DNA of 64,000 nt, from the NCBI RefSeq assembly GCF_028368995.1, contig NZ_JAQNDL010000002.1, forward strand, positions 384,001-448,000, read 5' to 3'. Positions 34,438 to 43,937 of the stretch are shown here, in pieces. Under the pieces are notes generated by a model. That model was not told the origin of the DNA. It saw nothing but the letters and a program-made list of their open reading frames with translations, and searched no databases. How positions within the stretch are numbered: position 1 is the first letter of the stretch; each line of letters starts with the position of its first letter. The DNA comes from Nannocystis bainbridge (GTDB lineage Bacteria; Myxococcota_A; Polyangia; Nannocystales; Nannocystaceae). Position numbers and translations under genes: made by a program.

Positions 34438-34667
34438 GGCTCACGTCGATGCGAAGGGCGCCGGCCGCCGCGGGCCTTCGGGACATGTCCGAAGAGTCAG
34501 GCGTGAGCGAACGCTGACGCCTGGCTCACGTCGCTGCGAAGGCCCGCGCTGGATCGGGCCTTCGGGACATGTCTGTAGAGGCAGGCGGTAAGGCGGGCGC
34601 GAGGCTCATGACACTGCGAAGGCCGGCATATGAGCGGGCCTTCGGGACATGTCCGAAGAGATAGGCG
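34438..34667. repeat. Three tandem 80-85-bp REP-like units with a GGACATGTCC core
   Basis: ggctca......tgcgaagg at 34438/34523/34603; cgggccttcgggacatgtc at 34471/34555/34635; between convergent genes. Confidence 0.88.
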
Positions 34668-34715
34668 GGAGCGCGCGGGCGGGCGCCGGTGATGCACCGA
34701 CGACCGCGTGCGGGC

Positions 34716-35294
34716 TCACGCGCCCGGGGGGTTGGGGTTCTTGACCGGGGTGGTGTCGCCCGAGGTCGAGGTGATGATGCCGCAGGCGAGGCGGCCGCCG
34801 GCGTTGCCGGTGGGCTGGCCGAAATCGTCGACCTTCTCGTGGACGATGATCGCGCGGCCGAGGACGTTGTAGGTGCCGCTGGCGATCGAGAAGTGGGCCG
34901 GGTCCATGGTCAGCGTCAGCTTGGCGTGGCCGTCGGCGCCGGCGTCGAGGTTGCCGAAGTCGCCCGGGTGGTGGGCGCCGGACCCGGGCGCGCCGTGGTC
35001 GACCTTGTCAGGGTTGAAGTGACCGCCGGCCGACTCGCCGTCGGGCGAGGTGCAGTCGCCGAACTCGTGGACGTGCATGCCGTGCTTGCCAGGCGAGAGG
35101 CCAGTAATGTCGGCCTCGACCTTGATCTTGCCGTCGGCGAGCTGGGTGAAGTTGACGGTGCCGTTCACGCCGCTGCTCATCAGCGCGGTCAGGGTGGCCG
35201 TGGCGTCGGGCGAGGGCTCCTCGTCCGTCGTGCAGCCGGGCGCCCCCAGGAGCAGCAGCGGGAGCGTGGCGAGGGTGAATGCGGTCCGGGTCAT
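34716..35294 (-). CDS. sodC: Cu/Zn superoxide dismutase, lipoprotein
   Basis: HGMHVHE, AGGHFNP, HPGDFGN, GRAIIVHE, GNAGGRLACG. Confidence 0.93.
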   Translation of the reverse strand: MTRTAFTLATLPLLLLGAPGCTTDEEPSPDATATLTALMSSGVNGTVNFTQLADGKIKVEADITGLSPGKHGMHVHEFGDCTSPDGESAGGHFNPDKVDHGAPGSGAHHPGDFGNLDAGADGHAKLTLTMDPAHFSIASGTYNVLGRAIIVHEKVDDFGQPTGNAGGRLACGIITSTSGDTTPVKNPNPPGA

Positions 35295-35405
35295 GGCCGG
35301 GAGCGTGATCGAGGTCCGCGTCCGGTGCAAACGCGCACGTCGCACGCCGCTGGGGGGCCGCTGGGGGCGGTGGGACGAGGAATTGGAAGTCGCTGCCGGA
35401 GGACG

Positions 35406-35900
35406 TCAGGGCGCGCAGGTGCCGGTGCGCCGGTACTGCCAGGTGTGGCCGATCCGCTGGCCGACGTCGCCGTCAGGGTTGGAGACGCTGGCGGTGAGGC
35501 GATCACCGGCGAGGCGGTAGACGATCCGGCGCGGGAAGTCGTGATCGGGGTTGACCCAAGTCCACACCCGCTCGCCCGGCGCGGCGACGACCGCGGGATC
35601 GCGGCGCTCGAGGAAGATGGTCGGCTCCTGGCCGGAGGGCTCGGCGTGATACTCGGTGAGGCCGCTGCGGAGGACGGTGAGGGTCATGAGCTCGAGCTCG
35701 ACGAGCTTGCCGCCCGGCTGGGTGGTGGTGCTGCGACCACGAAGGCCGCCTCGCATCGGCCGCCAGCTCTCGGTGACGATGTGACGGCCCTGGTGGCGCC
35801 AGGTCCCGCACAGCGGCGCCAGCGCGTCGGCGACGGGGGCGTGCCCGCAGCCGAGTCCGGCCACCAGGACGAGAGCGAGGATCGGCGGACCGGCGCGCAT
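35406..35900 (-). CDS. Secreted DUF6265-like protein
   Basis: L.GTW, ESW, YHAEPSGQ, NPDHDFPRRIVY. Confidence 0.75.
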   Translation of the reverse strand: MRAGPPILALVLVAGLGCGHAPVADALAPLCGTWRHQGRHIVTESWRPMRGGLRGRSTTTQPGGKLVELELMTLTVLRSGLTEYHAEPSGQEPTIFLERRDPAVVAAPGERVWTWVNPDHDFPRRIVYRLAGDRLTASVSNPDGDVGQRIGHTWQYRRTGTCAP

Positions 35901-36036
35901 GAGGGGACGATAGCCGGACATGCAGGGTTCCGTCTCGCACCACCGGCGAGCGGCGTCGAGGCGGCTCACGGCGGGTCCACGGCGAAACAGGCCAGGTTGT
36001 GCGACCCTTCGGATCGTGGCGCGCGCGCTGGCTCGC

Positions 36037-37380
36037 ATGACTCTCGGGACATGTCTCTCGGCGCTGGTGGCGTGCAACGAGACGTCGGCGCCGGGCTACA
36101 CGCTGGCGGGCGAGACGGAGGTCGAGGGCAGCAGCAGCGAGGGCACCGGCGAGCCGGGCGGGACGCAGCTGCCGGTGACGTTCTCGACGGGCTCGGGGGC
36201 GGCGTGCGGCGACGGGGTGCTCGATGCCGGCGAGGCGTGCGACGACGGCAACCTCGAGGCCGACGACGGCTGCGACGCGAGCTGTTCGCCGATCGCGGCG
36301 GTGGAGTGGACGTACACGCACAACGGCGGGGCCGGCCAGGACGACGTCGCCAGCGGGGTGGCGATCGACGGGACCGGCCGGGTGTTCGTGGTCGGGGCGG
36401 AGGTGGTGCAGTCGCGCGACGCGTGGATCGTGGCGCTGGCGCCGGAAGGCCACGAGCTGTGGCGCAAGACGATCGACGCGGCGGGCTTCGACGATGCGTT
36501 CGCCGAGGTGGTGGTCGACGCGGCGGGGCAGGTGTTCGCGGCCGGCCACGAGGAGCTGAGCCCGGGGCTGCGATCGCCGATGATCCGGGCGTTCACGGGC
36601 GAGGGGGCGGACCTGTGGAAGTTCAGCGAGCCGGCGGCAGGGGCCGGGGCGAGCGGGGTCGCGGGGCTGGCGGTGGCCGACGGGGCGATCTATTCGACGG
36701 GGTCGGAGGCGGGGTACCCGGTGCGGTTGGCGATCCGTCGCCACGATCCGGGGAGCGGAGCGGCGACGTGGAAGACGCTGGCGGCGGCAGGGACGGGCGA
36801 CGCATACGCGGGCGGGATCGCGGCGGCGGGGGTGGAGATGTTGGCAGCGGGGGCGGCGGAGCTCGACGGGGTGCTGCACCCGCTGCTGGTCCGCGTGGGG
36901 CACGACGGGACGCTGATGGCGTCGACGGTCGAGGCGGAGCACGCAGGGGCGTGGACGGACGCGGTGGCGATCGGCAGCGAGGGCGAGGTGGTGGTGACGG
37001 GGCGGCTCGAGGCCCGGCCGGGCGCAGGCTTCGACGTGGCGGTGCGCCGAATCGCGGCGGGTGAGCTGGTGCGCTGGACGCAGTCGATCGATCAGGTGGC
37101 AGGCTTCGATACGGGCCGCGGGGTGGCGGTGGGCGCAGGCGAGGAGGTGTTCGTGGCCGGGGCGGTGACGAGCGCGAGCGGAGACCTCGAGATCTTCGGA
37201 GCGCGCCTGTCGGGGCTCGGCGAGACGCGCTGGACGCATGTGAACGCGAACCGCGGAGTCGGGCTGGACGACCACGGCTCGGCGGCGGCGTTCGGGCCGG
37301 GCTTCGTGGTGCTGGCGGGCGACGAGCAGGTGCCGGGCGAGGGGGCGAACGTGTGGGTGCGTCGCTTCCGCGCGGAGTGA
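36037..37380 (+). CDS. Lipoprotein with a Cys-rich repeat and a beta-propeller
   Basis: LVAC lipobox, CGDGVLDAGEACDDGN, repeated VAID..G.VFVVG and G..LW blades; start uncertain. Confidence 0.8.
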   Translation: MTLGTCLSALVACNETSAPGYTLAGETEVEGSSSEGTGEPGGTQLPVTFSTGSGAACGDGVLDAGEACDDGNLEADDGCDASCSPIAAVEWTYTHNGGAGQDDVASGVAIDGTGRVFVVGAEVVQSRDAWIVALAPEGHELWRKTIDAAGFDDAFAEVVVDAAGQVFAAGHEELSPGLRSPMIRAFTGEGADLWKFSEPAAGAGASGVAGLAVADGAIYSTGSEAGYPVRLAIRRHDPGSGAATWKTLAAAGTGDAYAGGIAAAGVEMLAAGAAELDGVLHPLLVRVGHDGTLMASTVEAEHAGAWTDAVAIGSEGEVVVTGRLEARPGAGFDVAVRRIAAGELVRWTQSIDQVAGFDTGRGVAVGAGEEVFVAGAVTSASGDLEIFGARLSGLGETRWTHVNANRGVGLDDHGSAAAFGPGFVVLAGDEQVPGEGANVWVRRFRAE

Positions 37381-37557
37381 GACGAGGTCGCGGAGCGGCG
37401 CGGCATATGGGCCGAGGGCGGTCCGATCGCGCAGGACGAGGCGCGCGGGCGCGTGGCGGCCGGGGCCCTGGGCATGGCTTCGGCTCACCGGGATCGGTGC
37501 AGGACGAGCCGCAATTGATCGGAGGAGGCGAGGCACTGTCCGCGAGAGAGGCTCGCC

Positions 37558-38595
37558 ATGTCGTCGTCCGTCTGTCTTTCTTCGTTGCTCGCGCCGACCT
37601 GCGATCCGCCGCCCGATGCGGCGATGATCGCCGAGACCTGCGCGATGGCGGATCCAGCGCAGCGCAACCTGTGGATCACGTACGTGTATCACCGGCTCGA
37701 GGTGGCGCTGGCGGGGCACCTCGGCGGCGAGGACGTCAGCTGGTGCGCGTACGGGACGTGGGCTTCGAAGAGCGCGGGGCGGTTCATCCGCGGCGAGGCG
37801 GTGGCCGAGGCGCTGCGGCTGGCGCGGCTGGGTGGGGCGGTGAGCCGGGTCGACGCGGAGGTGCGTGAGCGCATCGGTCGCGGCAACTTGCTGGTGTTCG
37901 CCGAGCTGGCGCCGCTGTTCCGCGCGCTGGTCGAGGTGCTGGCGCGGCCGGTCGGGCAGCGGCGCGCGGCGGCGGCGGTGGCGTTCGCGGGGCTGACGGA
38001 GGGGGCGACGCGCGAGGGCGGGCAGACGCTGCTGCGGCGGGCGTTCGCGGCCTATGTGACGGCGGCGGAGACGGGCGAGGCGAAGGCGCGGGCGGAGCAG
38101 ATCCTGCTGGCGAACACGCTGGTGGGTTATCACGAGCAGATCCGGTTGCAGCCGGCGATCGCGGGGGCGCTGTCGGCCCCGCTGGCGCTGCTGGTGACGG
38201 CCGACGCGGCGCCGCTGCGACGGGCGCTGGGCGAGCGCCTCGGCGAGGTGGCGCGGTCGCTGCTGACGCGGTGGATGATGACGATCGAGCTGCCGGAGGG
38301 GGCGCTGGCGCTGGGGCGCGATGTGCCGGCGACCCGCGACGGGCGGATGTTCCCGGCCGCGCTGACGCAGATCACGGACCCGGAGCTGCGCGCGGTGCTG
38401 GAGGAGGTCGACCGCACGCCCGATACGACGCAGGGCAGCGCGGCGGCCGACTGGGCGGCGCTGGCGGACCGCATGAACTTCATCGTCGATCTGTTCCGCT
38501 CGCGCCAGCGCGATTCGTCGCTGCGCCGGTCGCCGTTCCGCGCCGATCAGGTGGCGGCGATGCAGCTGGGGCTGCGGCCGCTCGGGCCGCTGTAG
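37558..38595 (+). CDS. Hypothetical protein
   Basis: 345 aa; conserved-looking motifs RNLWIT..Y, W..YGTWASK, HEQ.RLQ, RMNFI.DLFR. Confidence 0.72.
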   Translation: MSSSVCLSSLLAPTCDPPPDAAMIAETCAMADPAQRNLWITYVYHRLEVALAGHLGGEDVSWCAYGTWASKSAGRFIRGEAVAEALRLARLGGAVSRVDAEVRERIGRGNLLVFAELAPLFRALVEVLARPVGQRRAAAAVAFAGLTEGATREGGQTLLRRAFAAYVTAAETGEAKARAEQILLANTLVGYHEQIRLQPAIAGALSAPLALLVTADAAPLRRALGERLGEVARSLLTRWMMTIELPEGALALGRDVPATRDGRMFPAALTQITDPELRAVLEEVDRTPDTTQGSAAADWAALADRMNFIVDLFRSRQRDSSLRRSPFRADQVAAMQLGLRPLGPL

Positions 38596-38649
38596 GAAAC
38601 TTCAGGCGGCGAACGCAGGCCCCGGGTCAGGAGCGGCGTGTGGTCTTTA

Positions 38650-38729
38650 GGACATGCTCGAGAGGACATGCTCATGTGGGCATGTCGAATCGGGCATGTT
38701 TGATGAGGCATGTCCGAATGGACATGCCG
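38650..38729. repeat. 14-bp-periodic CATG palindrome array 4 (cleanest)
   Basis: ggacatgctc gaga ggacatgctc atgt gggcatgtcg aatc gggcatgttt gatg aggcatgtcc gaat ggacatgccg; CATG at 38653, 38667, 38681, 38695, 38709, 38723. Confidence 0.92.
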
Positions 38730-38732
38730 GGG

Positions 38733-39125
38733 TCACGGCCGGACCCATCGCAGGACGGCGTCGGCGGCGGAGTCCGGGGAGGTGCTGAAGCACAGGCTGG
38801 CGCCCGGGGCGACGGCCTGGACGAGGTTGACGATCCGCTCGAACAGCAGCAGGTGGGCGGGCTGGGTGCGGATGCCGGCGCCGATCATGACGGCGGCAGG
38901 CGGACGCGCAGTGAGGCGGGCGCGCAGGACGGGCTCGGCCTCGGGCCAGCGGTCGGTGATCAGGCACCACTCGGCGTCGAAGCCGGCCGCGGTGGTGGCG
39001 TCGAGCGAGGCCTGGAGGCCGGCGGCGAGCTTGGGAGCGTCGAGGCCGGGGAACTGGCTGAAGTCGACGACGGCGGGGTCGAGGCCGACGAGCAGGACGA
39101 ATTTCTTGGCGGAGGCGGTGGTCAT
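38733..39125 (-). CDS. Hypothetical protein
   Basis: 130 aa; VMIGAGIR..LLLFERIVNLV..AP, alpha/beta pattern. Confidence 0.72.
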   Translation of the reverse strand: MTTASAKKFVLLVGLDPAVVDFSQFPGLDAPKLAAGLQASLDATTAAGFDAEWCLITDRWPEAEPVLRARLTARPPAAVMIGAGIRTQPAHLLLFERIVNLVQAVAPGASLCFSTSPDSAADAVLRWVRP

Positions 39126-39212
39126 GGCGATGGGCTGCCGGGGAGCGCGGGGTGGAGCGCCGAGGTTAGCCGCGCCGCCTTTTCGGCGGACGGCGCGGTT
39201 TGACGGCGCGGA

Positions 39213-41615
39213 TCAGCGCCAGAAGTCCTTGCGCTTGCCGGGCGGGGGCGGCGGGCTGCGCTTGTCCTCGACGAGCTTGCGCAGGGCGGCCACGGCTTCC
39301 TTCAGGAGCGCCAGCAGGTCGTCGGCGCCGAGGGACCCGCGCAAGCGATCGACGAGCGGCGCGAGGGCGGTGGCGAGGGCGTCGAGGCCGACGGTGCGCA
39401 GGTCCTCGAGCAGCTCGATCAGGCGCGCGATCGGCAGCTGCGCGGCCGCCGTGTCGACGGCGCGCTCGAGGTCGCGGACGATGGCGCCCAGGCGCGCGAG
39501 GTATGGGATCGCAGAGACGGTCGCGCCCTCGGGCGACTCCTGCCTGGGCGGAGGGGGCGAAGGGCTGCGTGGAGGCGAGGCGGGCGCGGGGGCGCGGGCG
39601 CCCGGAGGGGGCGGGGCCGAGAGCGTGGCGGAACGGGGAGGGGCGGCGGATCGCTTGCTGCTCATGGAGATCGCACCGACGAGCTTGGGCTCGCCGCGCC
39701 TGGCGTGTTCCATCGGCATGGCGTCGAACCGCGGCTGGGACCATCCGGCCGGGCGCTCGACGGGCTGGGTGACCGTGCGCGGGTTGCCGCCGGGGTTGAC
39801 GACTTCGCGGTCGACGGCGACGAAGGCGGTGAAGCGCGAGAGCACCTGGTGACGCCGCGAGACGGCGACGATGGCTTGCTCGAGCCGCGACGGATCGGCG
39901 GTGCGGGCGGCGTACTGATCCTCGAGATCGCGGATGTGCGCGCGGGCCCACGACTGCGCCAGCGCGGCGGCCGGCGGGGCAGGGTCGAGGCGGACGCGCT
40001 GGTGGTACTCGGTGCCGGCGGGCAAGCGGCCGCGCAGCTCGAGGGTGGCGCCGGGGCGCGGCTGGCCGTGCCAGCGGGCGTGGACGACCAGCGGGGCGCC
40101 GGCGAACACGGCGGGCAGGCGGTGCGGGGCCTGGGTGGCGAGGTCGAGGCCGTCGCCAGCGACGCTGACTTCGACGAGGACAGGGGTGGCGATCCGGCGG
40201 TGGATCTTGGCCATGACCTCGTCGAGGCGCTCCTCGCTCTCGACGAGCTCGCAGGCGCCGCCGCCGAGAGCCGCGAGGCGGCGCAGGAAGCCGGCGTTGA
40301 CGGCCTTGTCGATGCCGAGGGTGAAGACGCGGATGTCGCCGAGGCGCGGGCCGTGGTCGCGCAGGATCTCGTCCTCGTTGCCGACCTGGCCGTCGGTGAC
40401 GAGCACGAGCACGCGGTCGCGGTCGTCGTCGCCGGCGAGCATGCGGGTGGCGAGCGCGAGCGGCCTGGTGAGATCGGTGCCGCCGCGCTCTTGGAGGCCG
40501 GCGAGGTACTCGACGGCGCGGAAGCGGTTGCGGTCGCTGGCGGTCGCGAGCTGGGCGCCGAGGCTCGGCGGCGACTCGACGGTGTTGTCGAAGGCGAGCA
40601 CGGCGAAGCGGTCGCGGGCGCCGAGAGTGTCGATGATGCGCGCGGCAGCCCGGCGCGCGGCGACCATCTTCCACCCGCCCATCGAGCCGGAGCGATCGAG
40701 GACGAGCACGACGTCGCGCGGGCGACCCTGGGCGGCGGCGCCGACGGGCGGGACGATGGTGAGGACGGCGGTGGCGCCCTCGCCGTCGGCGTCGGGGGCC
40801 CACACTGCGGCGCTGTGCAGGGCTGCATCGCCGAGGGTCCAGCGGAGGATGAAGTCGCGGTCGAGGCGCTCGCCGGGCCGCAGCTCGAGGCGCCAGCCGC
40901 CGGCCTCGGGCGCGGCGAAGACCTCGTGAAGGCTGGCGCGCAGGTTCGAGACGGGCAGACCGGCGCCGTCGACAGTGACGGCGAGCGCGAGTCGGACGGG
41001 GCTGGCGAACCCGGGCAGCAGGACGGGCGGGGAGATCCGCGAGGCGTCGGGGACACGATCGGTGTCGGCAGCGAGGCCGGTGCCGGCCTGCTCGCCGCCG
41101 AGCGGGGCGCCGGGGATGTAGCGCGGGGCGACCACCAGCGGGAAGGCCCAGGTGACCTCGCCGTCCTCGATCGGCAGCGGACCGACGGTGCGCAGGGTGA
41201 TGACGGCGTGGTCGCCGGGCACGAGGTTGCCGACGCGCAGGGTGAAGACGCCCGGTCGATCTTCCTCGGCGATCGCGGCGCGCTGGCCGGCGGCGATGGC
41301 CTGCTCGTAGACCTCGCGGGCCCGGCCGCGCTCGTCGATCACGCCGTCGACGATCCGCCCCTGGACCTGCATGCGAAAGGCGTAAACGGCGGCGCGATCG
41401 GGCAACGGAAAGATGTACGTGGCCTCGATCGCCGCGCCGGTGTTGTTGACGAAGGTCTGCTGGATCTCGGTGGCGACCTGCAGGCCGCTGATCCGCGCAT
41501 TGACGGACAGGGCGGCGAGCGGGAGGCGACCCTGGGAGGTCTCGAGGCGACCGAAGGCGGGCTCGTCGAGTGGCTGGGTGAGCGTGGGGTCGATGGTGAG
41601 CGCCGTGGGGATCAT
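39213..41615 (-). CDS. VIT + vWA domain protein
   Basis: QTFVN..IEATYIFPLP (VIT); VLVLDRSGSMGG, GGT, LVTDGQ (vWA); LSRFTAFVAVD. Confidence 0.9.
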   Translation of the reverse strand: MIPTALTIDPTLTQPLDEPAFGRLETSQGRLPLAALSVNARISGLQVATEIQQTFVNNTGAAIEATYIFPLPDRAAVYAFRMQVQGRIVDGVIDERGRAREVYEQAIAAGQRAAIAEEDRPGVFTLRVGNLVPGDHAVITLRTVGPLPIEDGEVTWAFPLVVAPRYIPGAPLGGEQAGTGLAADTDRVPDASRISPPVLLPGFASPVRLALAVTVDGAGLPVSNLRASLHEVFAAPEAGGWRLELRPGERLDRDFILRWTLGDAALHSAAVWAPDADGEGATAVLTIVPPVGAAAQGRPRDVVLVLDRSGSMGGWKMVAARRAAARIIDTLGARDRFAVLAFDNTVESPPSLGAQLATASDRNRFRAVEYLAGLQERGGTDLTRPLALATRMLAGDDDRDRVLVLVTDGQVGNEDEILRDHGPRLGDIRVFTLGIDKAVNAGFLRRLAALGGGACELVESEERLDEVMAKIHRRIATPVLVEVSVAGDGLDLATQAPHRLPAVFAGAPLVVHARWHGQPRPGATLELRGRLPAGTEYHQRVRLDPAPPAAALAQSWARAHIRDLEDQYAARTADPSRLEQAIVAVSRRHQVLSRFTAFVAVDREVVNPGGNPRTVTQPVERPAGWSQPRFDAMPMEHARRGEPKLVGAISMSSKRSAAPPRSATLSAPPPPGARAPAPASPPRSPSPPPPRQESPEGATVSAIPYLARLGAIVRDLERAVDTAAAQLPIARLIELLEDLRTVGLDALATALAPLVDRLRGSLGADDLLALLKEAVAALRKLVEDKRSPPPPPGKRKDFWR

Positions 41616-42217
41616 CGGGAGTCCTCGGGAGGTTCGGGGTCGTCGGAGCAGTCGGGTTCGGAGCGGGTGAGGAGGCGGCGGCGGGCGAGCTCGGCGAGCA
41701 GCGGGGCGGCTGCGGCGAGCAGGGCCGCGGCGTCGGCGTCGGTGGCGTCGCGCGCGGCGGAGAAGCCGAGGCGGACGCCAGGAGCGAGCTCGAGCTCGAG
41801 GGTGGGCGTGAGCGCGGGGGCGGCGGGAAGCGGCGGCGCTTCGGGCTCGAGCGTGGTGACGGGGGCACGCCAGAAGTCGCGGCGACCGGCGGAGCGCGGG
41901 GCGGGACGCAGCTCGACCTGCGAGAGCTGCGTGAGCGCAGAGTCGTCGAGGGTCGGGAGGAGGCGCTGGATCTCGGCGAGCGGCTTGCCCTCGGCTTGCA
42001 GGCGCTTGATGGCGATCAACTGGGCGAGGTGCCGCGGGCCATAGAGGGCGGTGCGGCCCTGCAGCGCGGGGCGATCGAGGAGGCCGAGTGTCGTGTAGTA
42101 ACGGATGCTGCGCTCGTCAGGGACAGCGCGCACCTGGCCGTTGGCGGGGGCCTCCTCGCTCGCCAGGCGCTGCTCGGCCTGGCGGCTGAGCTCGCGGATC
42201 GTCCAGGTGACGGTCAC
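41612..42217 (-). CDS. MerR-type HTH regulator
   Basis: RSIRYYTTLGLLDRP..GR..LYG..HL.QL.AIKRLQAEG..LAEI; ATGA overlap with the VIT gene. Confidence 0.85.
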   Translation of the reverse strand: MTVTWTIRELSRQAEQRLASEEAPANGQVRAVPDERSIRYYTTLGLLDRPALQGRTALYGPRHLAQLIAIKRLQAEGKPLAEIQRLLPTLDDSALTQLSQVELRPAPRSAGRRDFWRAPVTTLEPEAPPLPAAPALTPTLELELAPGVRLGFSAARDATDADAAALLAAAAPLLAELARRRLLTRSEPDCSDDPEPPEDSR

Positions 42218-42228
42218 GGGGAGGATGG

Positions 42229-42250
42229 TGACAGTGTTATATGACAGTGT
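42229..42250. promoter_or_regulatory. Direct-repeat operator candidate
   Basis: TGACAGTGT-tata-TGACAGTGT in an AT-rich patch 12 bp from the MerR start. Confidence 0.55.
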
Positions 42251-42590
42251 CGAGATTGAATTTTTAAATCATTGGAAATATGAGGGAAAATCGGACGCGC
42301 CGAGCGACTCGGGAGCGACATCGCTCACCGGGCTGTTCGCGCAGGAGGGCGATGGCACGCGGGCGCAGGCGGACGTGGTGAGGCGTGTCGTCCTCGAGTT
42401 CGCGCCCTTGCGAAGCTTCGTGACGAAGAAGCAGCGATGAAGAGCGAGCGTGGCGGCTCACGATCGGCGATCGGTCGATGTTGACGGGCTTGGTCGTTCG
42501 CGCAAAACCAGAGGTGAGGCGCTCGGGGTCGGGTCGGTTCGGTCGGTGACTCTGTCCCGCGCGGGGCAGCGAACTTCTTGCTCGCCGCGC

Positions 42591-43823
42591 TCAACCCGAC
42601 ACGAACCGACGGATCCACAGGTCCGTGTCCGAGATGGCGACCGTCTCGAACCCGACGACGACGAAGAACTCGGGCCCGACCGCGACGTCGTAGCCGCGCT
42701 CGCTGAACCCGAGTGTCGTGTTGTCGTACAGTGCCGACCAGCGCGCCGCTCCGTCGCCCTCGAGCCGCGCCATGTAAAGATCCTCTTGCGCCGGACCGTC
42801 GCCGACCGACCCGGTCACGAGCACCGACCCGTCGAAGTCGGCCGCCACTCCGAGCCCGCCGTACCCGTAATTCGAAGTATCGAGCAGATGCGTCCATCGC
42901 TCGCTCCCGTCGGCCGCGATCCTGCGCGCCGATTTCCCCTGGCTCAGCCATCCAGTCAACACGACGTCGCCTTCCTCGCCGATCGCCGTCACGGCGTGCC
43001 ATGCCCCCGACGTGCCCGTCTCGACCGCGAGCGACTGCAGCGCCCCGGACGCGTCGAACACCGCCGTCAGCGGCCGATCTTTCCCTTCGCCCGGAGGCAG
43101 CGCCGCGCCCGCGACGATCAACCGCCCGTTCGCCTCCGTGAGCCCGTACCCGCGCGTCGATCCCTCGGCCTTCGCCGGCGTCTCCCATACCGGCGCTCCC
43201 GAGCCCACGTTGTGCCGTCGCAGCACCATATGGGTGCCCGTCGAATCATTGAACGCCTCGCCGAGCGAGTACAGGCCCTCGTGCGCGAGCACCAGCGCCG
43301 TCACGCTCGAGCTCTCCTCGTCGGGCGTCGGCACCGAGTATGCCCACACGTCGTTGCCGTCGCGGTCGAGTCGGCGCACGACCCCCAGCCGCGACGCGTC
43401 CCACCCCGCGACGAAGATCGCCCCGTCGTCGCCGACCACGACATCATTGAACACCGCGTCGAGCTCCAGCGCCGCCGCGAACCGTCGCGTCCACAGCTCC
43501 GTGCCGTCGGGCGCGAGCACCAGCACGAGCCCGGCGAAGTTCTCGTCCGCGTCCGTCTCGAGCCCGACCACGACGATCCGCCCTTGCGCGTCGATCGCCA
43601 CCGCGCGCGCCTCGTCGCGCCCCCCTGCGGCCCCGCCATGGACGTGCGTCCATTCGACCGCCGGCCCCTCGCACTCTGTCGGACACGCGGGGCCGGTGGT
43701 CGGGTCAGCTTCGGTCGTCGAGGATGCGTCCGTCGCCGTCGTGTCGCCTGTATCGCCCGGAACGCCGGGGCAGGCTGTCGCGCACAAAAGGAAAGGCAGG
43801 GCGAGGATCGATCGCGTCATCAA
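42591..43823 (-). CDS. Beta-propeller lipoprotein, paralog of 36037-37380
   Basis: ATAC lipobox; AVEWT.H.G...D.A..VAID..GR..VVG start and W.RRF end shared with the paralog. Confidence 0.8.
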   Translation of the reverse strand: MMTRSILALPFLLCATACPGVPGDTGDTTATDASSTTEADPTTGPACPTECEGPAVEWTHVHGGAAGGRDEARAVAIDAQGRIVVVGLETDADENFAGLVLVLAPDGTELWTRRFAAALELDAVFNDVVVGDDGAIFVAGWDASRLGVVRRLDRDGNDVWAYSVPTPDEESSSVTALVLAHEGLYSLGEAFNDSTGTHMVLRRHNVGSGAPVWETPAKAEGSTRGYGLTEANGRLIVAGAALPPGEGKDRPLTAVFDASGALQSLAVETGTSGAWHAVTAIGEEGDVVLTGWLSQGKSARRIAADGSERWTHLLDTSNYGYGGLGVAADFDGSVLVTGSVGDGPAQEDLYMARLEGDGAARWSALYDNTTLGFSERGYDVAVGPEFFVVVGFETVAISDTDLWIRRFVSG

Positions 43824-43937
43824 GCTCTCCGCTCGAGCGTGGAGTACCCGGCGAGGCGAGAGAAATTGCGGTGACGGTACAAGTTCCTCGCGCGCGGCGG
43901 CGCGCTCGCGCGATGGGCGGCCTGTCAGCGCTGCCCG

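Noticed and set aside
34438-34667. Possible CRISPR array
   Set aside because: Only three degenerate units, the 'spacers' resemble each other, and no cas genes are present; REP-like instead.
38650-38729. Real p53 response elements or eukaryotic contamination
   Set aside because: The context is continuous bacterial genes; the consensus match is treated as coincidental.
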